Source: Bordetella parapertussis | GTDB taxonomy: Bacteria; Pseudomonadota; Gammaproteobacteria; Burkholderiales; SG8-41 | Direction of reading: 5' to 3' | Assembly: GCA_945865805.1 (NCBI GenBank) | Contig: CAMBGJ010000002.1 | Coordinates: forward strand, 1 to 42,596 | DNA: 42,596 nucleotides | In this document: piece by piece, positions 17,174-26,799 of the stretch | Numbering within the stretch: the stretch's first letter is position 1 | How the letters are laid out: the number at the start of each line of letters is the position of its first letter | Position numbers and translations under genes: made by a program | Notes under the pieces: generated by a model | What the model was told of the DNA's origin: nothing | Databases searched by the model: none | What the model saw: only the letters and a program-made list of their open reading frames with translations

Positions 17174-18773
17174 ATTTACGCGCGCGCTCCACCAGATCAG
17201 CGGTCTCGGGACGTGTGCCGAGTTGCGCGGTCTGGTAATGCACTGCGTGAGAATCCAGAAAATTGCTCACGGTGGCGAGGTTGATGCCGAAGTTGACGTT
17301 CTGCGGATTGGCTTGCGTGGTGGACAGCAGCCGCGCGCGCACGATGCCGACCAGATTGCCGCTGCGATCAAATATCGGCCCGCCGCTCGAGCCGGGTTGC
17401 ACCGTGGCAGAAATCTGAAACGCCGAGGTGTCGTCGTTCAAACCGGTCATGGCATTGACGATGCCTGAAGTGACCACCGCGCCCGACGACAACACGCCTT
17501 TTAGCGGATAGCCGATGGCGATGATGTCGTCGCCCAGCCGCACGTTGCGCCCCGCGCGCAGATTCACGGGGGGCAAGCCTGCGTTGTCCACGCGCAGCAG
17601 CGCGAGATCGTTGCGCGCGTCCTTGGCCACCATTTTCACCGCCAGCCCCAGCGGCTGGATGCGGATGCGGGCACAGTTGTTAATCACGTGTTCGTTGGTG
17701 ACGATATCGCCGACTTCGCTCACCACCACGCCGCTGCCGTAACCGCTGATGCGCGGCGCGCCGCTGGCGCCGGGTTTGGCGGAAATCTGCGCGGTGATGA
17801 TGGCGACCCGATTGGCCGTGACCACGGTTTTGGCCTGTTTTTCGGCTTCCGCAAGTTCAGTGGCGGACAAGGATTTGAGCAGGCACTCCTTGCCTTCGGT
17901 CGCACCTTTGACGGCACGCGCGATGGCATTGGCCGGAATCGCAGCATACCAGGCGTACGCCTGCACGCCATCCTTAGGTGCGCCGCCACGGCCAAATTCG
18001 TAAACGTTGCCGATCCACTGAAACGCGTCGTGGTTATTAAAAGCCGCCGCGCGCCGCAGCCAGCGTAGCGCTTCGCCGCCATCGGCACTAACGCCACGAC
18101 CCATCGCGTAGATACGCCCCGCCGCTGTCATACCCGCCGTGTTACCCAACGTGCCGGATTTTTTGTACCAATCCAGTGCAACCAGAAGGTCTTGCGTAAT
18201 CCCCGCCAGGCCCAACTCGGTATACCCGCCGATAAAAACCATCGCGGACGCATTCTGCTGATCGGCAGCCAGTTTGAACCACGCCAGCGCATTCACCTCG
18301 TCTTTCTGAAAACCATTCACGCCACCGGCGAGCCACGCGCCCACGGTGCTCTGCGCGGCGGCTTCGCCTTTTTCCGCCGCGTCGCGTATGAGTTCGGTAC
18401 CCTTTGCCGCGTCGTGCGCCACCAGATTGCCCGCCAGATGCATGCCACCCAGCAGAAACGTCGCGCGCGTATTGCCGACCGCCTGCGCCCTGGTGATGTA
18501 CTCACGCGCCTTCAATTCGTCGCGCGTACCGCCCAAGCCGCGCATCAGCATCTCGCCCATATAGGTCATCGCCTGCGCGTCGCCTTCTTCGGCAGGGTTG
18601 GCGAGTTCCTTGCGCGCATCGAGGTAGCGCCCGCGTGTAAACGCTTCCACGCCCTCGGGCACGCCCGCATACGACGGCGCGGCGAGCCCGAGCACACAGA
18701 CGATCAACCAGTGCAATAAACGTGCCGCGCGATTGCAACGATTGCGATGAAGCACACGTATCTCCAATGACAA
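17148..18773 (-). CDS. Secreted Sel1-like-repeat protein fused to a C-terminal trypsin-like (S1C/DegP-type, no PDZ) serine protease domain
   Basis: 541 aa with a signal peptide (..LGLAAPSYAG). It carries several Sel1 repeats (AxxWYxKAAxxGxxxA pattern). The catalytic triad contexts are TNEHV, NDLALLRV and GSSGGPIF. The track start is TTG at 18773. GTG at 18755, preceded by ggag, is an alternative. Confidence 0.85.
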   Translation of the reverse strand: MSLEIRVLHRNRCNRAARLLHWLIVCVLGLAAPSYAGVPEGVEAFTRGRYLDARKELANPAEEGDAQAMTYMGEMLMRGLGGTRDELKAREYITRAQAVGNTRATFLLGGMHLAGNLVAHDAAKGTELIRDAAEKGEAAAQSTVGAWLAGGVNGFQKDEVNALAWFKLAADQQNASAMVFIGGYTELGLAGITQDLLVALDWYKKSGTLGNTAGMTAAGRIYAMGRGVSADGGEALRWLRRAAAFNNHDAFQWIGNVYEFGRGGAPKDGVQAYAWYAAIPANAIARAVKGATEGKECLLKSLSATELAEAEKQAKTVVTANRVAIITAQISAKPGASGAPRISGYGSGVVVSEVGDIVTNEHVINNCARIRIQPLGLAVKMVAKDARNDLALLRVDNAGLPPVNLRAGRNVRLGDDIIAIGYPLKGVLSSGAVVTSGIVNAMTGLNDDTSAFQISATVQPGSSGGPIFDRSGNLVGIVRARLLSTTQANPQNVNFGINLATVSNFLDSHAVHYQTAQLGTRPETADLVERARKSTVQVECY

Positions 18774-18969
18774 ACGAAAGGGTTACCCGATGATACGCCC
18801 GCCAGCGCGCGACGAGCAGTACGCGCCACCGTACCCGCTACTGCGCAATTTCCGTGAAAACCATAACGCTATCTTATTGTTTTTAAACATATTTTTTCTT
18901 CCCTGTGTACCCTGTCAGGCCTCGGATACAATACGCGCTCTGTCTTGATGCGATGCGCAAAAACTCACT

Positions 18970-19902
18970 GTGACCTCTGACCTAAGCTGGTGCAAACTCA
19001 CGCAATCGGGCGTGTTGCGTTTTGACGGCGCTGACGCACAAGCGTTCCTGCAAGGCCAGCTCACCAACGACGTCGCGGCGCTAACGCCCACGCGCAGCCA
19101 GTATGCCGGTTATTGCACGCCCAAGGGTCGTCTGCTGGCGAGCTTTTTACTGTGGCTGCACGACGGCGCTTACCATATGCTGTTGCCGCTGGCGCTGTGT
19201 GAGCCCGTGCGCAAGCGCCTGTCGATGTACGTCCTGCGTTCCAAGGTAAAAGTGACGGATGTTTCCGACGATCACGTGTTATTTGGGCTGGCTGGTGGCG
19301 GTGCCGCTGCAAGGGTCACAAGCCTTACCGGCGCAGCGCCCGACACGGTGCATCACGCCGTCCACCAGCCCGATATCAGCGCGATCATGCTGCCGGAGGC
19401 ACGCTACCTCGTCGCTGCCTCGCCCGTGCAAGCTGCGGGCGTCGAAGCGGCTCTTGCCACCACCGTGACCGCATCGCCCGCCACGTTATGGGATGCACTC
19501 GATATCGCAGCCGGCATACCCAGCGTGTTCGCCGCGACGCAGGAACAGTTCGTGCCGCAGACGGTGAATTTCGATCTCATCGGCGCGGTGAGTTTCAACA
19601 AAGGCTGTTACCCCGGCCAGGAAATCGTCGCGCGCGCGCATTATCTTGGCAAGGTCAAACAGCGCATGGTGCGTGCACGCATCACGGCGAGCGAACCCCC
19701 TGTTCCCGGCGACAAACTCTACACAGCGGCGTTCGGCGATCAAGCCAGCGGCATGATCGTGGCCGCCGTCACCGCAGACTCCGGCCACTTTGACGTGCTG
19801 GCCGTTGTGCAAACCGGCAGCCTCGATGAGGCCACCGTACATTGGCAATCGCCCGTCGGCCCGGCGCTACAAATCGCGCCGCTGCCCTATGCGATAAAAT
19901 AA
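18970..19902 (+). CDS. ygfZ: YgfZ-type folate-binding protein (GcvT-like, Fe-S cluster repair / tRNA modification)
   Basis: 310 aa, GTG start, with the signature motif FNKGCYPGQEIVARAHYLGKVKQR. Confidence 0.8.
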   Translation: MTSDLSWCKLTQSGVLRFDGADAQAFLQGQLTNDVAALTPTRSQYAGYCTPKGRLLASFLLWLHDGAYHMLLPLALCEPVRKRLSMYVLRSKVKVTDVSDDHVLFGLAGGGAAARVTSLTGAAPDTVHHAVHQPDISAIMLPEARYLVAASPVQAAGVEAALATTVTASPATLWDALDIAAGIPSVFAATQEQFVPQTVNFDLIGAVSFNKGCYPGQEIVARAHYLGKVKQRMVRARITASEPPVPGDKLYTAAFGDQASGMIVAAVTADSGHFDVLAVVQTGSLDEATVHWQSPVGPALQIAPLPYAIK

Positions 19903-19906
19903 CGCC

Positions 19907-20716
19907 ATGTGTTTGATTTTATTCGCCTTTAAAGCAAGCGCCGAGTACCCGCTGGTAGTCGCGGGCAATCGCGACGAGGCCTACGCGCGCCCGACCGCCA
20001 CTGCGGCGTTCTGGCAAGACCATCCGCACATTTACGCCGGACGCGATCTCGAACTCGGCGGCACCTGGATGGGCCTCACGCGCGGCGGTCGCTTTGCTGC
20101 GGTGACGAATTTTCGCGACGGTTATCCCAATGGCAAAGGTGCCGCACCGCGCTCGCGCGGTGATCTCGCCGGCGGATTTCTCACCAGCGATCGTGACGCG
20201 CATGCTTACCTCGACACCATTGCCACGCGGCAAAAAGAATACGCGGGCTTCAGCACACTGGCAGGCGATCTCGATGCGCTGTGGTACTTTTCCAATTACG
20301 GCAAAGCCGTCGAAGCGGTGACGCCTGGCGTGCACGGCTTGAGCAATCATCTGCTCGATACGCCGTGGCCCAAGGTCGTCGATGGCCGCGCGGAACTCAC
20401 CACGCTACTGGCACCGGAAGCAGCAGCAGACGCACAAACGCTGATGGAAAAATTATTCGCCCTGCTCGCCGACCGCAGCGTCGCCCCCGAACATCAATTG
20501 CCCAACACCGGTATCGGCATCGCCCGCGAAAAACAACTGGGCCCGAAATTTATCGCGCGCGATAACCGCTACGGCACACGCGCCTCCACCGTCATCATCG
20601 TCAACCGCCACGGCGAAGTGACTTACGCCGAACGCAGCTTCGGCGGCCACGGCGTGTTTCATGGCGAAGTGGCGCGGCGTTTCAGCCTGACCCGGCAGGC
20701 GTCCGTTACAACCTAA
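19907..20716 (+). CDS. NRDE-family (DUF833 / TANGO2-like) protein
   Basis: 269 aa. It starts MCLILFAF and contains the NRDE motif (VAGNRDEAYARP). It begins 4 bp after the ygfZ stop. Confidence 0.8.
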   Translation: MCLILFAFKASAEYPLVVAGNRDEAYARPTATAAFWQDHPHIYAGRDLELGGTWMGLTRGGRFAAVTNFRDGYPNGKGAAPRSRGDLAGGFLTSDRDAHAYLDTIATRQKEYAGFSTLAGDLDALWYFSNYGKAVEAVTPGVHGLSNHLLDTPWPKVVDGRAELTTLLAPEAAADAQTLMEKLFALLADRSVAPEHQLPNTGIGIAREKQLGPKFIARDNRYGTRASTVIIVNRHGEVTYAERSFGGHGVFHGEVARRFSLTRQASVTT

Positions 20717-21146
20717 GTTGCATCACCCGATGCGCAATACCGGCTTCCATGAACACCGGGCCTTCCGCAGTAAACCCTTGTTTTATATAGAAATTTAACG
20801 CGTGTACTTGCGCGTGCAATACCACGGTTTTGAATCCCGACTGGCGCGCACGCGCCAGTAATAACGCGAGCAAGGCACGGCCCACACCGCGATTGCGCCA
20901 GGGTTTGAGCACCGCCATGCGACCGATGTGACCATCGGGCAACAAGCGCCCCGTGCCTATGGGTACGACAGGCATGCCGTCTGCCAGCGCCAACACGTGT
21001 TGGCTAACAGCATCGTTGGCATCCCACTCGTCTTCTTCCGGCACGTGCTGTTCCACCACGAAAACTTCGCGGCGTATGGCTTGCAGGTCGGCGGCGCGTG
21101 CGGCCCATTGCACGTGATGGATGGTAAACGTGGATTCGTTGCTCAT
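20706..21146 (-). CDS. GNAT-family N-acetyltransferase (YjcF-like)
   Basis: The ORF is 20706..21407 and I place the start at ATG 21146 (MSNESTFTIHH). The acetyl-CoA-binding motif is RMAVLKPWRNRGVGRALL. The upstream part of the track ORF runs through a repeat element. Confidence 0.8.
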   Translation of the reverse strand: MSNESTFTIHHVQWAARAADLQAIRREVFVVEQHVPEEDEWDANDAVSQHVLALADGMPVVPIGTGRLLPDGHIGRMAVLKPWRNRGVGRALLALLLARARQSGFKTVVLHAQVHALNFYIKQGFTAEGPVFMEAGIAHRVMQLRL

Positions 21147-21262
21147 TGGAGTTCGTCTGTGGGTTTGAGCCGCGTAGTATAAAGTGCGGCGCGCAAGTGA
21201 CCTGTATCCAGGAGACACCCCAAAACCACCACGTGCCTGCATTTGGGAAAATTGCGCACAAT

Positions 21263-21330
21263 CCTGCCCCATCCCCCCTTGAACGGGAGGAAATGGCCCT
21301 TTAACGGCGAAGCCTTGCCCCATTCGCCAG
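21263..21330. repeat. REP-like element, family R1, diverged copy
   Basis: cctgccccatccccccttgaacgggaggaaatggccctttaacggcgaagccttgcccc resembles the R1 core (..gggcttttaac..). Confidence 0.4.
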
Positions 21331-21406
21331 GCGTTGCCGCTCTCCGATGGTAGGAGCACTGCCACTTGCCCGTGTAAAATCGGCCTATTCCCACCACACC
21401 ACTGCA

Positions 21407-23170
21407 ATGTCTGAATTCAACGAAAAAGCCGCACAGGCACAACTGGCCGAACAGGTCGCCGAGGCGCTGGCGGAAATCCAGCAGCATGTGCTGGCCAATG
21501 CCAGCAAGCCCTTTAGTCAGGGCGCGGGGCAGATTGACGCGAATACCGTATTGCAGCAACTGGCGCAGGATTTCGCGCGTAATCCGCAACGCTGGCAGTT
21601 ACTGCAGCAGGATTGGTATCAACGGCAGATGGCGTTGTGGACTTCGACAACCGATGCGCCGGATGGCACGCGGCAAAATACGCCCATACTCGACCGCCGC
21701 TTTCGCTCGGCGGAATGGCACGAGCCGTATTTTCGCTGGCTGTCGCAATCGTATCTGATCACCTCGCAATGGCTCGATGCTGTTGCCAGCGGTGTCGATC
21801 TCGACGCGCGGGAAAAACGCCGCGCGGCGTTTCTGGTGCGCCAGTGGATCGACGCTGCCTCGCCTGCCAATTACGTGTGGAGCAATCCCGAAGCCATCAA
21901 ACTCGCGGCGGAAACCAAGGGCGCCAGTCTTGCACAGGGCCTGCAAAACCTGCGCGCCGATCTGCCCAAGGGCATGGTGTCAATGACGGACGAAAGCGCG
22001 TTCGAAATCGGCGTCAACATCGCCACCACGCCCGGCGACGTGGTGTTTGAAAACGACGTGCTGCAGTTGATTCAATACCGGCCTCTCACGCAGACCGTGC
22101 ATTCGCGCCCGCTGCTGATGGTGCCGCCGTGCATCAACAAATACTACATCTTGGATTTACAGGCTGAAAATTCGCTGGCGCGGTTTGCCGTCGAGCAGGG
22201 CCATACCGCGTTCATGGTGTCGTGGCGCAACGTGCCGCCCGAGCTGGGCACGCTCACCTGGGACGATTACGTCGCCGCGCTGATCGCCGCCATTGAAGCC
22301 ATGCGCGAGATCTGCGGTGTGAAAAAAATCAACGCGCTGGCGTTTTGCGTCGGTGGCACGCTGCTCGCCTGCGCGCTGGCGGTGCTGAAAAAGAGCCGCA
22401 AGAATCCGGTTGCCTGCATTGCGCTGCTCGCCACCATGCTCGATTTTTGCGATACCGGCGAGCTGTCGGTGTTTATCGACGAAGCCTATGTCGAACGCCG
22501 CGAGCGCGAATTCGGCCTGGAGAATGGCGGCGGCATTCTGCCCGGACGCGAACTCGCGGTAACTTTCGCCACGCTGCGGCCGAATGATTTGATCTGGAAC
22601 TACGTGGTCAACAATTACCTCAAGGGCAAAACGCCGCCAGCATTTGATCTGCTCTACTGGAACTGCGACAGTACCAATCTGCCCGGCCCCATGTATGCGT
22701 GGTACATCCGCCACACCTATCTCGAAAACAGCCTGCGCGTGCCGAATAAACTCAAGGTCTGCGGCAAGCCGCTGGATTTATCCGCGCTCGATCTGCCCAC
22801 CTATCTGCTCGCCACGCGCGAGGATCACATCGTGCCGTGGAAGACCGCCTATGCCGGCACGCAATTGTTGAAGGGCGATCTCACCTTTGTGCTGTCGGCC
22901 AGCGGACACATCGTCGGCATCGTCAATCCGGCGGCCGCCAACAAGCGCAACTATTGGCTCAACGAAAACATAGTCCCGGATGCCAACGAGTGGCTCGCGG
23001 GCGCGACGCCGGTGCCCGGCAGTTGGTGGACGCATTGGAACACCTGGGCTACGCCCTACGGCGGCGGCCAAGTGCCCGCTCGCACGCAATCTGGCAGTAA
23101 AAAACACTCGGTGATCGAAGCCGCGCCGGGACGCTATGTGCGTGCGCGTGCCGATGCAGCCGTCGCCTAG
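21407..23170 (+). CDS. phaC: Class I poly(3-hydroxyalkanoate) synthase
   Basis: The ORF is 21347..23170 and I place the start at ATG 21407 (MSEFNEKAAQ). It has the lipase-box variant FCVGG (GxCxG), REDHIVPW and SASGHIVGIVNP, and is about 587 aa long. Confidence 0.95.
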   Translation: MSEFNEKAAQAQLAEQVAEALAEIQQHVLANASKPFSQGAGQIDANTVLQQLAQDFARNPQRWQLLQQDWYQRQMALWTSTTDAPDGTRQNTPILDRRFRSAEWHEPYFRWLSQSYLITSQWLDAVASGVDLDAREKRRAAFLVRQWIDAASPANYVWSNPEAIKLAAETKGASLAQGLQNLRADLPKGMVSMTDESAFEIGVNIATTPGDVVFENDVLQLIQYRPLTQTVHSRPLLMVPPCINKYYILDLQAENSLARFAVEQGHTAFMVSWRNVPPELGTLTWDDYVAALIAAIEAMREICGVKKINALAFCVGGTLLACALAVLKKSRKNPVACIALLATMLDFCDTGELSVFIDEAYVERREREFGLENGGGILPGRELAVTFATLRPNDLIWNYVVNNYLKGKTPPAFDLLYWNCDSTNLPGPMYAWYIRHTYLENSLRVPNKLKVCGKPLDLSALDLPTYLLATREDHIVPWKTAYAGTQLLKGDLTFVLSASGHIVGIVNPAAANKRNYWLNENIVPDANEWLAGATPVPGSWWTHWNTWATPYGGGQVPARTQSGSKKHSVIEAAPGRYVRARADAAVA

Positions 23171-23225
23171 ATCAGCGAAATTAACGTAACTATTTGTTTT
23201 TAAACATTATTTTTGGAGAAGAGCA

Positions 23226-23969
23226 ATGACACAACGCATGGCTATCGTAACCGGCGGCATGGGCGGTTTGGGTGAAGCAATCTGCATCAAGCTCGCGCGC
23301 ATGGGCTACAAAGTTGTCACCACCTGTTCACCGGGCAACACCAAGCGCGCCCTGTGGCTGGACGACATGAAAAAGCAGGGCTTCGAATTCAAAACCTATG
23401 AAATCGACGTGGCGGATTTTGACTCGTGCCAGTCAGGTGTCGCCAAGATTCAATCCGAATGCGGGCCGATCGATGTGCTGGTCAACAACGCTGGCATCAC
23501 GCGCGACACCACCTTCCGCAAAATGGATAAGGGCTCGTGGGATGCGGTGATGCACACCAATCTCGATTCCGTGTTCAACATGACCAAGCCGGTGATCGAC
23601 AGCATGGCCGAGCGCGGCTGGGGGCGCGTGATCAACGTGTCGTCGGTCAATGGGCAAAAAGGCGCGTTCGGTCAGACCAACTACTCCGCCGCCAAGGCGG
23701 GCATGCACGGCTTCACCAAGGCCGCCGCGCTCGAATACGCGCGCAAAGGCGTCACCGTCAACACCATTTCGCCGGGCTACATCGGCACCAAAATGGTGAT
23801 GGCGATCCCGAAAGACGTGCTCGACAGCAAAATCATTCCGCAAATCCCCATCGGCCGCCTCGGCAAGCCGGAAGAAGTGGCGGGGCTGGTGGCGTATCTG
23901 TGCTCGGAAGAAGCCGCGTTTGTCACCGGCGCCAATATTGCGATCAATGGCGGGCAGCATATGCAGTAG
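23226..23969 (+). CDS. phaB: Acetoacetyl-CoA reductase (SDR family)
   Basis: 247 aa. Motifs: IVTGGMGGLGEAI, NNAGITRD, YSAAKAG and INGGQHMQ. The RBS is ggagaag. Confidence 0.95.
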   Translation: MTQRMAIVTGGMGGLGEAICIKLARMGYKVVTTCSPGNTKRALWLDDMKKQGFEFKTYEIDVADFDSCQSGVAKIQSECGPIDVLVNNAGITRDTTFRKMDKGSWDAVMHTNLDSVFNMTKPVIDSMAERGWGRVINVSSVNGQKGAFGQTNYSAAKAGMHGFTKAAALEYARKGVTVNTISPGYIGTKMVMAIPKDVLDSKIIPQIPIGRLGKPEEVAGLVAYLCSEEAAFVTGANIAINGGQHMQ

Positions 23970-24173
23970 CAGATGCCGGTGCGTCATGAGTTAACTCGCG
24001 ATGGTATTTTCGAACGCCTCGCGTATGCGTAAGCAATAGACTCGCCCGTACGCATGGGCTTACCAAGGCTCGCAATATGTCCGTCGGCGTCGTGCTCGTC
24101 GCTTGCGCGCCTGTCTGGTTGCCGCGTTCGAACAGGCCCTGCGAGTTATGCTGAGGTTGAAGTCGGCAGACTG

Positions 24174-26279
24174 CTACCGCACCAGCATGGCTTGAATTCT
24201 CGCCACAATGGTTTCCCAGGTAACGGGCTTGACGAGGTAATCCGACACCCCATGGTCTTTCACCATCTGTTGCGTTGCGTTTTGCTCTGCGGGCAAAATC
24301 AACATGACGGGCAAGCGAGACCATGCCAGCGCGCGGCGTAACCGCAATAGCGCATCAAGATTTTCTCGTTCAGTTCCGACATCGATGTCCGCAACCAGCA
24401 AAGCGACATTCTCGTCTTTTTCGACAATGTCACGCGCAGCCGAGGGATCGTCTGCGGTGTGAACCTTGATGGATGCCTTGGCAAGCAAATCCGTAACCGC
24501 TGTTCTCGTTGCGCTGTGTTTTTCGAACAGTAAAACGCTAACGCTGGTTTGGTGTCCTTCGTCCTGCGTTAACGCGCTTACTGCGCTCACCGGCAATGTA
24601 CGCCCGAAGTCACGTGACAGATCGGACCAGAAACGCTGCCCCACGACACGGGCGGCCTCGTCGGCGGTGGTGTCGCTGGAGATGACGCGCATCGCGGCGC
24701 CGTGCGACAGCGACGACAGCGATCCCTGTGTCATATCCATCAACTTTGCAGTGTCCGTATGGCCGACAGCCAGTAGCCGCCGCAACGCCGGCGACATCTC
24801 GACAATTTCCGTCACGGGTTGCCGGCCGCTATACCCGGTGCCCCGGCATGCGCCGCACCCCACGGCCCGATACGCAGGCCGTTCACCCGTCAACTCGTGG
24901 AACAATCGTTCATCCTTCCGCAGCGGCTCATTTACGCTGACGCGGCACGCCACGCACAATTTTCGGAACAACCGCTGCTCCACGACGCCAGCCAGCGCAT
25001 CCGCGAGTATCGAGGGATGCACGCCCAGATCGATCAAGCGCGGTATCGCAGTAAGGGCGTCGTTGGTATGCAGCGTCGAGAGCACGAGGTGGCCGGTGAG
25101 CGCGGCCTGCATGGCAATGTCCGCAGTTTCGCTGTCACGTATTTCACCGATGAGGATGATATCGGGATCCTGACGCAGTATCGAGCGCAGCGCAGTGGCG
25201 AAGGTCAGCCCCGCCTTGGCATTGACCTCCACCTGTGAAATGCCCGCGACCCGGTATTCGACCGGATTCTCAACCGTAATGATACTGACACCCGTGCGGT
25301 TGATCTCTACCAGCATCGCGTGAAGTGTGGACGTCTTGCCAGAGCCGGTGGGGCCTGTAATCAATACGACACCCGACGAATTGGCGCCCAGCTTGCGTAG
25401 CGATTGCATGGCGGCCGTCGATAAACCGGCCCCGCTGAGCTTGTATACCCGGCTTTGATCGAGGAAGCGAATCACCAGACGCTCACCATGGCTTGCCGGA
25501 AGCACAGAGAGCCGCAGGTCATAGTCATGGCTGCCCAGCACCAGCGACATGCGCCCATCCTGCGGGACACGATCATTGGTGGGGTCCATTCCGCCATGCG
25601 CCTTGAAGTAGCGCAGCAGCGCCTGCAACACAGCGCCCGGCAGAAAGGCCAAGCGCTGCAACACGCCATCGACACGAATCCTTACCAGCCCGCCGCCGGG
25701 AAATGGCTGCATGTGTATGTCGGATGCGCGTTCCTTGATCGCTTCCATCAGCAATGACCGCGCAAGCTGCACCAACGCATGTTCTGCGGTAGCGTCTTTC
25801 CCGGCGGACTTGCCGTCCGCAGTCCAGAAGATTGTGCCTATTTCGTTGGCTTGCAATTGACTGAGCCGGGCATAGGCATCCACGATGGCCCATTCCAGTT
25901 CATCCGGTGGCACCACTAGAACCTTGAGCGCTCGATTGGTCACGAACTTGACGCGCTGCAAAGCATTCTCATCGTGTGGTGCGGCACAGGCGACTATCAG
26001 TGCGCCCGATTCCTCGCGCAATGGCAGCACAAAATGTTCACGGGCAAGACTTTCAGGCAGTAACTGAGCGGCAAAGGGATCGGACGTTTTCAGGCCACCG
26101 GGCGCCTCCAAGCCCAGCTCCTTTGCGATCACGCTCGCCAGTGCCCATTTGTCCACGCCTGCAGCGGTAGCAAGCTGCTTCCAGGCAGATACCAGAGATT
26201 GATCCAGGGCAAGCGTGCGCAAGGCTTCGCGCGCGGGAAACGCGCGGGAAACGAGGGTATGCAAAACGGACGTCGTCAT
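24174..26279 (-). CDS. GspE/PilB-family secretion ATPase (T2SSE_N domain plus ATPase core) with a C-terminal receiver-like (REC) domain
   Basis: The ORF is 24174..26366 and the likely start is ATG 26279 (MTTSVLHTL). Motifs: Walker A GPTGSGKTST, Walker B/Asp box DPDIILIGEIRD, and the tetracysteine pair CVACR...CGACRGTGYSGR. The last ~125 aa (about 24177-24560) look like a CheY-like fold (LLVADIDV, DYLVKP). Confidence 0.85.
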   Translation of the reverse strand: MTTSVLHTLVSRAFPAREALRTLALDQSLVSAWKQLATAAGVDKWALASVIAKELGLEAPGGLKTSDPFAAQLLPESLAREHFVLPLREESGALIVACAAPHDENALQRVKFVTNRALKVLVVPPDELEWAIVDAYARLSQLQANEIGTIFWTADGKSAGKDATAEHALVQLARSLLMEAIKERASDIHMQPFPGGGLVRIRVDGVLQRLAFLPGAVLQALLRYFKAHGGMDPTNDRVPQDGRMSLVLGSHDYDLRLSVLPASHGERLVIRFLDQSRVYKLSGAGLSTAAMQSLRKLGANSSGVVLITGPTGSGKTSTLHAMLVEINRTGVSIITVENPVEYRVAGISQVEVNAKAGLTFATALRSILRQDPDIILIGEIRDSETADIAMQAALTGHLVLSTLHTNDALTAIPRLIDLGVHPSILADALAGVVEQRLFRKLCVACRVSVNEPLRKDERLFHELTGERPAYRAVGCGACRGTGYSGRQPVTEIVEMSPALRRLLAVGHTDTAKLMDMTQGSLSSLSHGAAMRVISSDTTADEAARVVGQRFWSDLSRDFGRTLPVSAVSALTQDEGHQTSVSVLLFEKHSATRTAVTDLLAKASIKVHTADDPSAARDIVEKDENVALLVADIDVGTERENLDALLRLRRALAWSRLPVMLILPAEQNATQQMVKDHGVSDYLVKPVTWETIVARIQAMLVR

Positions 26280-26799
26280 GGGAGAATTTCCATAATGTGT
26301 GCTCAAGGCAATCTTCGCGTCCTTGACTTGTTCTGCCGTGCGTATGTTGAGGGCACAACTCTCCACGCTGCGCCTGGCAAAGTACTTTGCTTCGGTGCGC
26401 CATTCGCGGCATCCATTGCATCGGCTCCCACTGCGACGCTAACGAAAATAATTGTTAAATATCAAAAAGTTACAGTATTGTGATATCTCGCTTAACCAGT
26501 CCGGTAGACAGTAATAGCGTCACGTTCAGCACCCGGTCAACTGCAGTCCTTGCTTACTTGCCCAGTGTGTACACTTTGTGCAGAAAACGTAGTCTGTCCC
26601 CTATGATTCTATGATTTAATTTGGCAGCTTGAATCCTCATCATGTTGAACGATCCGGACTTCGAGTATGGCTTATAACGCGTGCCCGCCGGAGGCTGGAT
26701 CGCCCGGTTGCACTGGTCGCCGCTGCAGGCAAGCGCGCGGAAGAGATCGTCGGAGAATACGTTCGGGACGTACTTGACAACGTCTTTTTGGGTATCACC

